From an uncultured Chloroflexia bacterium (GTDB lineage Bacteria; Chloroflexota; Limnocylindria; Limnocylindrales; CSP1-4): 64,000 nucleotides of DNA. Shown one piece after another: positions 38,591 to 48,628 of this stretch (positions within the stretch are counted from its first letter, which is position 1; the number at the start of each line of letters is the position of its first letter). The position numbers and the translations under genes are program-made. The stretch covers positions 1 to 64,000 of the forward strand of contig CAVRGP010000008.1 of the NCBI GenBank assembly GCA_963720755.1. The letters are read 5' to 3'. Below the pieces are notes generated by a model. It had not been told where the DNA came from. It saw nothing but the letters and a program-made list of their open reading frames with translations, and did not search any database.

Positions 38591-40129
38591 CAGACCTCCG
38601 AATCCGGCATCGACGCCTTGCGCCGGGCGATGAAGTCGAGGAGCGCCTCATCGATGGCGGGGTCGATCGGGGGCGCCTCGTACTCAGCGAGCATCTGCTT
38701 CCAGATCGCGTTGGCCCGCTGTGCCGCGTCGAGCGATCCGTCCTCCTGCCACTGCTCGAAGCTGTTGTTGTCGGTCACGTCCGAGCGGTAGAAGGCGGTC
38801 TCGAAGTTGGCCAGTGTGTGGGCACTCCCGAGGTAGTGCGTGCCCGGCTCGTTCGCCCGGATCGCGTCGAGCGCCTGCCCGTTCTCGGACATGTCGACGC
38901 CGTCGACGAAGACGGCCATCATCCCGCACTGGTCGGCATCGAGGATGAACTTCTCGTAGCCGACGGTCAGCCCACCCTCCAGCCAGCCCGCCGCGTGGAG
39001 CACGAAGTTGACCCCGCCGAGGACGGTCGGTTGGAGCGTGGCCGCCGACTCGTAGGCGGCTTGCGCGTCTGCGACTTTCGATCCGCACAGCGAGCCGCCA
39101 GATCGGAACGGGACGCCGAGCCGCCGAGCCAGCGATGCCATCACGTAGAGCACGAGTGCCGGCTCCGGGGTGCCGAACGTCGGCGCCCCCGACTGCATCG
39201 ACATCGAACTGGCGAAGCTTCCCAGGACGACCGGAGCGCCTGGTCGGGTCAGCTGGACGAAGGTCATCCCGGCCAGGGCCTCGGCGAGGGTCTGGGCACA
39301 CACCCCGGCCGCGGTGACCGGGGCCATCGCGCCGGCCAGGATGAACGGCGTGAGCAGGGTCGCCTGGTTGGCTTCGGCGTAGGCGCGGGCCGCGCCGACC
39401 ATCACCGAGTCCCAGACGAGTGGCGAGTTCGCATTGATCAGCGACAGGATCGACCGGATGGTCTTCGAGGTAGTCGGAGCCGAAGGTGAGGCGCGCCAGG
39501 TCGACTGTGTCCCGCGCTCGCTCCGGCGCGGTGACCGAGCCCATGAACGGCTTGTCGCTGTAGCGGATATGGCTGTAGACCATGTCGAGGTGACGCTTGT
39601 TGACCGGCACGTCCACCGGCTCGCAGACGGTCCCGCCCGAATGGTGGAGATAGGGCGAGGCGTAGGCAAGCTTCACGAAATTCCGGAAGTCCTCGATCGT
39701 GCCGTAGCGCCGACCGCCGTCGAGGTCGCGGACGAACGGCGAGCCGTAGTTCGGGGCGAAGACCGTGTGCATCCCGCCGATCTCAACGTTCCGGAGGGGG
39801 TTTCGGGCGTACTGGGTGAACTGTCGAGGCGCCGTCGCCTGGACGATCTGCCGGCACATCCCGCGTGGGAAGCGAACACGCGTCCCGTCCACGTCGGCTC
39901 CGGCGTCGTGGAGGAGGCGGAGCGCCTCGGCGTCACCGCGGAACTCGACCCCGACCTCCTCGAGGATCGTGTCGGCGTTCTCCTCGATCAGCGCCAGACC
40001 TTCTTCGCCGAGAACCTCGAACGGGGCGAGCTTGCGAGTCAGGAACGGGACGTGCTCCGCATGGGCGGCCAGGCGGAGGGCCTGGCGCGCCGCCCGGCCG
40101 CCGGATCGTCGTCTGGCTGGGCCGTCCAT
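38590..40129 (-). pseudogene. Non-pyrrolysine trimethylamine methyltransferase (MttB/MtgB family) split by a +1 frameshift near 39451
   Basis: N-half in ORF 38684-40129 and C-half in ORF 38590-39669. Removing one base joins YLEDHPV to ILSLINANSPL. Confidence 0.85.
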
Positions 40130-42195
40130 CAGTCGCTCTCCCTCGATCCGGTCGTCACAACGCGCCGTCGACGCCGCTCTCCGCGCGCGCCCGACCCATC
40201 CGCGCCGGCCGACCCGGCCCGACCGGCGGCACGCTCGGGGAGGACGACGACCGTTGCCAGGTTCGGGAAGGCGGCTGTCTTGTGCGGGAACGCCATCGCC
40301 TCCACGAAGTGCTCCTGGAAGCGCGGCTCCACGGCCGTCTCGATCTTCTCGACCTGCCGAACGACCTCTTCGATCTCGCGCCGCGCCGCACGGGACAACA
40401 GGGCGATGAGCGCTCCCGTCCCGGCCGCGTTGCCCGCGGACCGGACATGCTCGAGGTCGCAGTCGGGGATCAGGCCGAGGATCATCGCGTGGATCGGGTC
40501 GATCTGGCTGCCGAACGCCCCGGCCAGGCGGATCTCGTCGAGCTCATCGATGCCGAGCTGATCCATCAGCAGGCGGACGCCGGCATACAGGGCGGCCTTG
40601 GCCAGCTGGATGGCCCGGACGTCATTCTGGGTGATCGCGATCCGGGGGCTGGATCCTGCGTCGTCGCCCGCATGGAGGATGTAGCTGAAGGTCCGCCCGT
40701 CGGGTACGACCCTGCCGGTTCGGGCCGCCAGCCCGCCATCGATGACGCCGTCCTCGGTGACGATCCCGGCCAGGAACATCTCGGCGACGACCTCGATGAT
40801 CCCCGATCCGCAGATCCCGCTGATCCCGGTCTCGGCGATGCCATCGGCGAAGCCCGGCTCGTCGGACCAGGCGTCGACGCCGATGACCCGGAACCGCGGC
40901 TCCAGCGTCGCCGGGTCGATCCGGACGCGCTCGATGGCACCCGGGGCCGCTCGCTGCCCGCCGCTGATCTGGGCCCCCTCGAAGGCCGGCCCGGTCGGGC
41001 TGGACGCGGCAAGCAGGCGCCGCTTGTCCCCCAGCACGATCTCGGCGTTCGTGCCGACGTCGACGACGAGCGTCATCCGATCGGCTCGATGGGGCTCCTC
41101 GGCCAGGATCACTCCGGCGGTATCGGCGCCGACGTGGCCGGCGATGCAGGGGAGGACGTAGACACGCGCGCCCGGATTGGCCCGCAGGCCGAGTTCCGCG
41201 GCGGTCGTCCGGACCGCTCGGTCGGTGGCCAGCGCGAACGGCGCGCCGCCGAGTGGCGTCGGGTCGATACCCAGGAGGAGGTGATGCATGATCGGATTGC
41301 CAACGATCGCCAGCTCGAGGATCTCGACCCGCTTGATCCCGGCCCGCATCGCCAACGAGGCGATCAGCCCATCGAGGGCCTTGCGAACCGCGGTCGTCAT
41401 CTCGCCGGCACCCTCGGGATGCATCATCGCGTACGAGACCCGGCTCATCAGATCCTCACCGAACCGGATCTGCGGGTTCATCACGCCATTGCTCGCGAGG
41501 ACGGCCCCATCGGCGAGATCGGTGAGGTGGCCGGCGATCGTGGTCGAGCCGACGTCGATGGCTACCCCGTAGGCCTTCTCATGGAGTCCCGGCCAGACCG
41601 CGATGACGTTCCGGCCCTCGTGGACGGCGACCGTGACCCTGTACGATCCGGCGTTGAGCGCGGGCTGGAGCGCCCGGATGACGCCGAGGTCCGCCTCGAG
41701 GCCGGTCAGCTGCCACTCTCGCTCAAGGGCCTCGAACAGCCTGGCCAGATCGCCGGATGGCGATGCGAGTTCCGGCGGCGTCACCTCGACGTAGTGCAGG
41801 CGGACGACCGGATCGACCGTGAACGTGCGCACGTCCAGGCCCTTGCGCACGACCTGGCGGTGGACCTGGCTCTCGGGTGGGACGTCGATGAGGACATCGC
41901 CGCAAACCGTCGCGGTACAGGACAACCGTCGGTCCCTGGCGAGGCCCTTGTCCGCCCGGTAGGCCGACTCCAGGTCCGTGAACGCCGACAGGTGGCCCAC
42001 CTCGGAAACGATGCCGTGCTTCGGGAACTCGCCGAGCCCCTGGCTGACCTGGCACCGGCCGCAGATACCGCGGCCGCCGCACACGGAATCGATATCGACG
42101 CCGAGCGAGCGGGCCGCGTCCAGGACCGTGGTGCCCACGTCGAACCGGCCACGCCGGCCGGACGGGGTGAAGATGACGAGCGCTTCGTCGGGCAC
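40129..42195 (-). CDS. Reductive activator of corrinoid proteins (RACo; 2Fe-2S ferredoxin + ASKHA ATPase)
   Basis: CGGRGICGRC, DVGSTT, DVGTNAE, GPAFEG, GICGSG. Confidence 0.9.
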   Translation of the reverse strand: MPDEALVIFTPSGRRGRFDVGTTVLDAARSLGVDIDSVCGGRGICGRCQVSQGLGEFPKHGIVSEVGHLSAFTDLESAYRADKGLARDRRLSCTATVCGDVLIDVPPESQVHRQVVRKGLDVRTFTVDPVVRLHYVEVTPPELASPSGDLARLFEALEREWQLTGLEADLGVIRALQPALNAGSYRVTVAVHEGRNVIAVWPGLHEKAYGVAIDVGSTTIAGHLTDLADGAVLASNGVMNPQIRFGEDLMSRVSYAMMHPEGAGEMTTAVRKALDGLIASLAMRAGIKRVEILELAIVGNPIMHHLLLGIDPTPLGGAPFALATDRAVRTTAAELGLRANPGARVYVLPCIAGHVGADTAGVILAEEPHRADRMTLVVDVGTNAEIVLGDKRRLLAASSPTGPAFEGAQISGGQRAAPGAIERVRIDPATLEPRFRVIGVDAWSDEPGFADGIAETGISGICGSGIIEVVAEMFLAGIVTEDGVIDGGLAARTGRVVPDGRTFSYILHAGDDAGSSPRIAITQNDVRAIQLAKAALYAGVRLLMDQLGIDELDEIRLAGAFGSQIDPIHAMILGLIPDCDLEHVRSAGNAAGTGALIALLSRAARREIEEVVRQVEKIETAVEPRFQEHFVEAMAFPHKTAAFPNLATVVVLPERAAGRAGSAGADGSGARGERRRRRVVTTGSRESD

Positions 42196-42207
42196 CGATG
42201 TGGCCCG

Positions 42208-43110
42208 CTAGCCGATCGGGACGGCGCGTCGATTGACCCGCCGGCGACTGACCTCACCTTCGGGCGTCGGCGTCCGGTGGGCCGTGATCCAGCGCCCGCA
42301 ATCGGGGTCGTGGCCCATCAGGACGTCGGCCGCCATGACCGCCTCCTTGACATCGGCCATCAGCGGGTTGGTGATCGCCGACGTCATCCCCGCGGCGATC
42401 GCCATCGGCAGGAACGCCCCGTTGATCCGTTCGCGGTCGGGCAGGCCGAAGCTGACGTTCGAGGCGCCGCAGGTCGTGTTGACCTTGAGCTCCTCCCGCA
42501 AACGCCGGACCAGCGCGAACACCTGCTGGCCCGCCTGGGCGAGGGCCCCGATGGGCATGACCAGCGGGTCGACGACGATGTCCGACGCGGGGATGCCGTG
42601 ATCCGCCGCCCGTTCCACGATCCGCTTGGCGACGGCGAACCGGACGTCCGGGTCCATGCTGATCCCGGTGTCGTCGTTGCTGATGGCGACGACGGCCGCG
42701 CCGTACTTGCGGACGAGCGGGAGGACCCGCTCCAGGCGTTCCTCCTCACCGGTCACCGAGTTGAGGAGGGGCTTGCCCTGGTAGACCTGCAGGCCGGCCT
42801 CGAGCGCCTCGACGATCGACGAGTCGATCGACAGCGGCAGGTCGGTCAAGCTCTGCACGAGTTGGATGGTCCGGGCGAGGATCGCCGGCTCATCGGCCAG
42901 CGGGATGCCGGCATTGACGTCGAGCATGTGGGCTCCGGCTTCCACCTGGGCAAGGACGTCACGCTCGACCCGGCTGAAATCCCCGGCCTTCATCTCCTCG
43001 GCGAGGAGCTTGCGACCGGTCGGGTTGATCCGCTCGCCGATGATCACGAACGGGCGGTCGAACCCGATGGCGACCTCGCGCGTGGCGGAGGAGAGGACGG
43101 TATCGGTCAT
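42208..43110 (-). CDS. Methylcorrinoid:tetrahydrofolate methyltransferase (pterin-binding TIM barrel, AcsE/MeTr-like)
   Basis: IGERINPTGRK, LSIDS, LNSV, GASNVSFGLP. Confidence 0.9.
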   Translation of the reverse strand: MTDTVLSSATREVAIGFDRPFVIIGERINPTGRKLLAEEMKAGDFSRVERDVLAQVEAGAHMLDVNAGIPLADEPAILARTIQLVQSLTDLPLSIDSSIVEALEAGLQVYQGKPLLNSVTGEEERLERVLPLVRKYGAAVVAISNDDTGISMDPDVRFAVAKRIVERAADHGIPASDIVVDPLVMPIGALAQAGQQVFALVRRLREELKVNTTCGASNVSFGLPDRERINGAFLPMAIAAGMTSAITNPLMADVKEAVMAADVLMGHDPDCGRWITAHRTPTPEGEVSRRRVNRRAVPIG

Positions 43111-43448
43111 GTCGCGGAGGTCTCCGATGTCGTGGCCGGCGGCAGGACCGGTCCGCCGGCGACACCGCCGGTCTGGATCAGTTCCGCCAGGTGGTGCTTG
43201 GCGTAGTCGGTCTCGAGGCGTTCCGCCTCGGCCCGGACCTCGGCCTCGATGTCCTCACCGCACGGTCGATGGGTCTTGCGCCATTCCTCGATGTAGCTGT
43301 TGTACTCACGTTTCCCGGCCCGGTTGGCCGCCTTGTCGATGGCGACCTGGAACCGGGGGTGCAGGACGATCTTGCTCGACCGGCGACCATCCTTGCCCAC
43401 GACCTGGGCCGGGATGTCACGCCACCAGATGATCGACAGGGTGGCCAT
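43107..43448 (-). CDS. Small 'Virulence factor' (PF13769-like) domain protein associated with corrinoid clusters
   Basis: WRDIPAQV...RFQVAIDKAA...YIEEWRK motif. Confidence 0.75.
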   Translation of the reverse strand: MATLSIIWWRDIPAQVVGKDGRRSSKIVLHPRFQVAIDKAANRAGKREYNSYIEEWRKTHRPCGEDIEAEVRAEAERLETDYAKHHLAELIQTGGVAGGPVLPPATTSETSAT

Positions 43449-43449
43449 G

Positions 43450-44086
43450 TCAGGCGACCTCGGCTGCGGCGACGATGGATGACTCGAGCTCGCCGTATCC
43501 GGTCCTTCGATGCTCGAAGGCCAGGCCGAGGCGCCGTGCGGCGCGACGTGCGGCCACGACGAGCCCCGGATCGTCGGTCTGGGCGAGGTAGACGAGCCGG
43601 TGATAGTTCCCGAAGTAGACCGGCAGCAGTTCCGGGTGCCGGTCGAGCCCGAGTCCGCGGATGACCAGCCGGTCGAAGTTCCGGGCCAGGAAATCGGTCA
43701 GGAAGAAGGTCGCCGGATCGTCGTCGGCGATCGCGTCGAAAGCGGACTTCCCGGCGTAGAACTGGTAGCAGTGGGCCCCTGGCAGTCGCTCGACGCCCTC
43801 CGCGGCCAGCATCACATCGAGCAGGCCGCCGGTCCCACAATCCGCGTAGGCGACGAAGATGTGCTCGTAGGCCGGTCGTGCCTCGTGGATCCTGGCCCGC
43901 ACGAGCGCCGGGATCCCGCCGGGCCGGTTGTGGAGGGTGGCCGGCAGGCAGGTCAGATCGACGTTGTCCAGGCCGGCCTGATCGATGACGGCAACGAGTT
44001 CATTGGCCAGGGCGCCGCAGCCGATGATCAGCACCCGCGAGGGATCCGGCGGGCTCGAGGCGCGAGCGGTCGGAGAATAGGCTCGC

Positions 44087-44097
<11 letters not shown>
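43450..44097 (-). CDS. DUF1638 family protein
   Basis: IGCGAL, LHNRP, YADCGTGG, HCY, FFLTDFL. Confidence 0.85.
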
Positions 44098-44788
<691 letters not shown>

Positions 44789-44806
44789 CGCTGCCTTCTC
44801 CTGGAG

Positions 44807-44842
44807 GGTTCCACGATGTGGAACCGTACCGTATGATGGAAC
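44807..44842. promoter_or_regulatory. IclR operator(s): GGTTCCAC-GAT-GTGGAACC plus an adjacent degenerate copy
   Basis: Perfect 8-bp inverted repeat between the divergent corrinoid operon and IclR; GTACCGTATGATGGAAC follows. Confidence 0.7.
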
Positions 44843-44877
44843 TCCCTGAGGGGCGAATCTAGACCACACGAGGCACG

Positions 44878-45630
44878 ATGTCCAGAGTCCAGTCCATCGA
44901 GCGGGCCTTTGCCGTCCTCGGCGCTCTTGCCGATGGACCGATCGGTGTGACTGACCTGGCGGACCGGGTCGGCCTTCCCAAGTCGACGGCCGCTCGATTG
45001 CTCGCCTCGTTGGGCCATGAAGGCGTCGTCGAGCAGGTCCCAGGGGACACGCGCTACCGCCTTGGCCCGCGTCTGGTCACCCTCGCCGCCCGGATCCGCC
45101 CGGCGCGCTCGTTGGCCGCCCTCGCCCGGCCTTCACTCGAGGAGCTCGCCGTCGCCACGGGGGAGGCCGCGGGGCTCAGCGTCGCCGACGGGCTGATGGT
45201 CCACTACATCGATCAAGTGGGCGGTCGCAACCCGGTCTCCGTGCGGGACTGGACCGGCTCGAGGATCCCGCTGCACGCCGTCCCGTCCGGCCAGGTCCTG
45301 CTCGCCCACGCCCGGCCGGCGTTCGTCCAGCGGTATCTCGGCCGGCCGATGGAGCGGTTCACGGACCGGACGCTGACGACGGCCGAGGCGCTGCTCGAGC
45401 GGATGCGAGCGATCCGACGCGACGGCTTCGCGTGGGCGCTCGAGGAATTCGACGAAGGGATCGCGTCCGTCGCGGCGCCGGTCGCCGATGGCTCCGGTGA
45501 GGTCGTGGCGGCCATCCATCTGCACGGCCCGTCGTACCGGTTCCCATCGGCCGGGATGGAGGCCGAGCTCGCGAGTCAGGTCGTCGCCGCAGCGGCGAAC
45601 ATCGCCGGGAACCTGCGCCAGACGGGCTGA
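44878..45630 (+). CDS. IclR-family regulator
   Basis: VQSIERAF...LPKSTAARLL HTH; C-terminal effector domain. Confidence 0.92.
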   Translation: MSRVQSIERAFAVLGALADGPIGVTDLADRVGLPKSTAARLLASLGHEGVVEQVPGDTRYRLGPRLVTLAARIRPARSLAALARPSLEELAVATGEAAGLSVADGLMVHYIDQVGGRNPVSVRDWTGSRIPLHAVPSGQVLLAHARPAFVQRYLGRPMERFTDRTLTTAEALLERMRAIRRDGFAWALEEFDEGIASVAAPVADGSGEVVAAIHLHGPSYRFPSAGMEAELASQVVAAAANIAGNLRQTG

Positions 45631-45774
45631 GACCGGCCGGGACGTCACACGACGGTCATCGACGGTTCACGGAATGGTCACGCCATCGACATCCCCACGA
45701 GACCGTCAGTCGCGAGTCTGGACGGCAGGTCGGGATGGACCCGACCGGACGCGACAGACCCGGAGGACCCGCCC

Positions 45775-46911
45775 ATGCGACGACGATCCACTCTTCTCAC
45801 GCTTGGAGCCAGCGCGCTCCTTGCGATCAGCGCGACCGGCTCGGTGTCGGCTGCGGGAGCCTCAGCCCCGAGCGGTCCCGCAGGCCGCCCCGGGACCGTG
45901 TACACACTCTCCAACCTTGCCGGCGGCAACGCAGTCATCGCCTTCGACCGCGGGGGCGACGGGGCATTGACCCCCGTTGCGACCTATCCGACCGGGGGCC
46001 TCGGTGGGGGCAGTGGGCTTGGCTCGCAGGGCGCCGTGGTCCTCAGCGACGATGGCCGCCTGCTGCTTGCGGTCGATGCCGGGAGCGACGAGATCACGTC
46101 GTTCCGGGTCACCCGCGACGGCTCGCTCCAGTGGGCCGATCGCGTCCCCTCGGGCGGCGACCATCCGATCAGCGTCACGATCCACCACCGGCTCGTCTAC
46201 ATCCTCGACGACGGCGGCGCCGGCAACATCGCCGGCTTCCGGATCGATCGGCGCGGGCATCTCGACGCGATCCCCGGATCGTCTCGTCCGCTCAGCGGGG
46301 CCGGTACCGGGCCCGCCCAGATCGAGTTCACCCCCCAGGGTGATGCGCTCGTCGTCACCGAGAAGGCGACCAACCAGGTCCTGGCCTACCGCGTGGGTCG
46401 TGATGGGACCACGGTCGGTCCCTCGGTCGTGGCATCCGCCGGCGCGACGCCGTTCGGGTTCGCGTTCGACCGAGCGGGCCACGCGATCGTGTCCGAGGCG
46501 ACCGGCGGGGCTCCGGGTGCGAGCACCGTGACGTCCTACGGGATCTCCGGGCGAGCCGCCATCCGGGTCGTCGACGGGCCGCTCGCGACCGGTCAGGGTG
46601 CAGCATGCTGGGTGGCGACGACGCCGAACGGCCGGTTCGCCTACGTCGCCAACACCGGGAGCGCCACGGTCACCGGACTGGCCGTTCGCGGCAACGGGCA
46701 TCTGGAACTGCTCGACGCCGATGGGGCGACCGGGCAGACCGGCGCCGGCCCGACCGACCTGGCAACGACCGCCAACGGGGCGTTCCTGTACGTCCTCAAT
46801 GGTGCCGGTGACTCGATCAGCGCGTTCCGGATCGCCGCCGACGGCAGCCTCGGCTCGCTTCCGGGCGTGACCGGATTGCCGGCCCCCGGGGTCGGGCTCG
46901 CCGTGCGCTGA
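45775..46911 (+). CDS. Secreted lactonase-like 7-bladed beta-propeller
   Basis: Signal peptide MRRRSTLL...; LGSQGA, ACWV, SISAFRI repeats. Confidence 0.8.
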   Translation: MRRRSTLLTLGASALLAISATGSVSAAGASAPSGPAGRPGTVYTLSNLAGGNAVIAFDRGGDGALTPVATYPTGGLGGGSGLGSQGAVVLSDDGRLLLAVDAGSDEITSFRVTRDGSLQWADRVPSGGDHPISVTIHHRLVYILDDGGAGNIAGFRIDRRGHLDAIPGSSRPLSGAGTGPAQIEFTPQGDALVVTEKATNQVLAYRVGRDGTTVGPSVVASAGATPFGFAFDRAGHAIVSEATGGAPGASTVTSYGISGRAAIRVVDGPLATGQGAACWVATTPNGRFAYVANTGSATVTGLAVRGNGHLELLDADGATGQTGAGPTDLATTANGAFLYVLNGAGDSISAFRIAADGSLGSLPGVTGLPAPGVGLAVR

Positions 46912-46932
46912 CCGTCGGTCTCCTCTCCCTCA

Positions 46933-46962
46933 CCCGGAAGCCCGGCCAGTGCCGGGCTTCCG
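46933..46962. terminator. 13-bp perfect hairpin after the propeller gene
   Basis: CCGGAAGCCCGGC-CAGT-GCCGGGCTTCCGG. Confidence 0.6.
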
Positions 46963-47080
46963 GCCATCCATCGCGCCCGCGCGAGTCCGACCATCGGTTG
47001 GACCGCCGGCCGGGCCGCATCCTTGACGCCCGGTCGCCGGTCGGGGCAAGCTCGGCCTCGAAGTCAGCAGCGAGGTTCCC

Positions 47081-48550
47081 GTGCCCAGTCTGTTCATCGA
47101 TGGTTCCTGGATCGCCTCGGGCGACGGCACGTGCAGCCCGGTCGTCAACCCGTCGGACGCCACGGTCGTCACCGAGGTGGACGTCGCCACGGACGACCAG
47201 GTCCGAGGGGCGATCGGTGCCGCTCGGCGCGCGTTCGACGACGGTGACTGGCCGCGACGGCCGGCCGCGGAACGGGGCGCTCTCCTGGATCGTGTCGCCG
47301 GGCTGATCGACCGGGATCTCGAGGAGATGGCCCGGCTCGAGACCCTGAACACCGGCAAGGCGATGCGCGAGAGCCGCTGGGACATGAGCGATGTCGCGCG
47401 TGTGTTCCGCTACTACGCCGACCTCGCCGACAAGGATGCGGGTCGCCTGGTGGACACCGGCTCCCCGAACGCCATCAGTCGCATCGTCCACGAGCCGGTC
47501 GGTGTGTGCGCTCTGATCGGGCCATGGAACTACCCACTGCTCCAGATGAGCTGGAAGATCGCGCCGGCGCTGGCGGCCGGCAATACCGCGGTCATGAAGC
47601 CCGCCCAGCTCACACCGCTGACCACGATCCACCTGACGCGCCTCCTCGAGGAGGCCGGTATCCCCGCGGGCGTGGTCAACCTCGTCCTGGGTCCGGGCGG
47701 CCGGGTCGGCCAGGCGCTGGCCGACAGCCCGGACGTCGACCTGATCTCACTCACCGGTGGACTCGAGGCGGGCCGCGCCCTGCTGCACGCCTCCACCGTC
47801 AACCTCAAGCGTGTGGCGCTCGAGATGGGCGGCAAGAGCCCGAACATCGTGTTCGACGACGCCGACTTCGAGACCGCAGTGGACAACGCCTTGACGGCGG
47901 CCTTCACCCACTCCGGCCAGGTCTGCTCGGCCGGCTGCCGGGCGATCGTCCAGGACACGATCTACGATCGGTTCGTCGAGGCGGTCGCGGAACGAGCCGA
48001 CCGGATCCGACTCGGCGTCGGGCTCGACGACGCGACCGAAACCGGCGCACTGATCTCAGCCGACCATCGGGCCAAGGTCGAGGCCCATGTCGCCGGTGCG
48101 CTTGCGGAGGGTGCCCGGCTGGTGGCCGGAGGTCGTCGTCCGGATGAACCTGAGCTCCAGGCCGGCTACTTCTACCGTCCGACCGTGTTCGCCGACGTCT
48201 CGGCCGACATGCGGATCATCCGGGAGGAGGTCTTCGGCCCGGTCCTGACGATCGAACGGTTCACGACGGAGGACGAGGCGATCGCCCTGGGCAACGACAC
48301 GACCTACGGGCTGGCCGGCGCCGTCTGGACCGCCGATGCCGGTCGCGCCGAGCGAGTGGCCGCCCGCCTGCGCCATGGCACGGTCTGGATCAACGACTAC
48401 AACACGTATCTCCCGCAGGCCGAGTGGGGCGGCTACAAGCAGTCCGGGATCGGCCGGGAGTTGGGTCCTTCCGGGCTCGACGAGTACCGCGAGGCGAAGC
48501 ACATCTGGCGGAACACCTCGCCAGGGCCGACCGGCTGGTTCGGCGGCTGA
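47081..48550 (+). CDS. Aldehyde dehydrogenase (betaine-aldehyde/aminoaldehyde DH-like)
   Basis: PWNYPLLQ, EMGGKSP, GQVCSAG, EEVFGP, AEWGGYKQSG. Confidence 0.88.
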   Translation: MPSLFIDGSWIASGDGTCSPVVNPSDATVVTEVDVATDDQVRGAIGAARRAFDDGDWPRRPAAERGALLDRVAGLIDRDLEEMARLETLNTGKAMRESRWDMSDVARVFRYYADLADKDAGRLVDTGSPNAISRIVHEPVGVCALIGPWNYPLLQMSWKIAPALAAGNTAVMKPAQLTPLTTIHLTRLLEEAGIPAGVVNLVLGPGGRVGQALADSPDVDLISLTGGLEAGRALLHASTVNLKRVALEMGGKSPNIVFDDADFETAVDNALTAAFTHSGQVCSAGCRAIVQDTIYDRFVEAVAERADRIRLGVGLDDATETGALISADHRAKVEAHVAGALAEGARLVAGGRRPDEPELQAGYFYRPTVFADVSADMRIIREEVFGPVLTIERFTTEDEAIALGNDTTYGLAGAVWTADAGRAERVAARLRHGTVWINDYNTYLPQAEWGGYKQSGIGRELGPSGLDEYREAKHIWRNTSPGPTGWFGG

Positions 48551-48574
48551 CCGCGGGGAGCGGAGCCTGACGTA

Positions 48575-48607
48575 GAACGGCGCCCCGGGGGACCCGAGGC
48601 GCCGTTC
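48575..48607. terminator. Hairpin between convergent genes
   Basis: GAACGGCGCC...GGCGCCGTTC 10-bp arms. Confidence 0.6.
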
Positions 48608-48628
48608 CGGTTACCAGCGTGACCGGCG

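Noticed and set aside
38590-40129. Pyrrolysine read-through in mttB
   Set aside because: No in-frame TAG; Leu occupies the inferred Pyl position, and the break is a frameshift.
39865-43206. 1113-aa plus-strand ORF and other long antisense ORFs (e.g. 30643-32328, 35381-36985, 54553-56427)
   Set aside because: Shadow frames of well-supported genes on the opposite strand. They are R/G/P-rich, which is expected at high GC.
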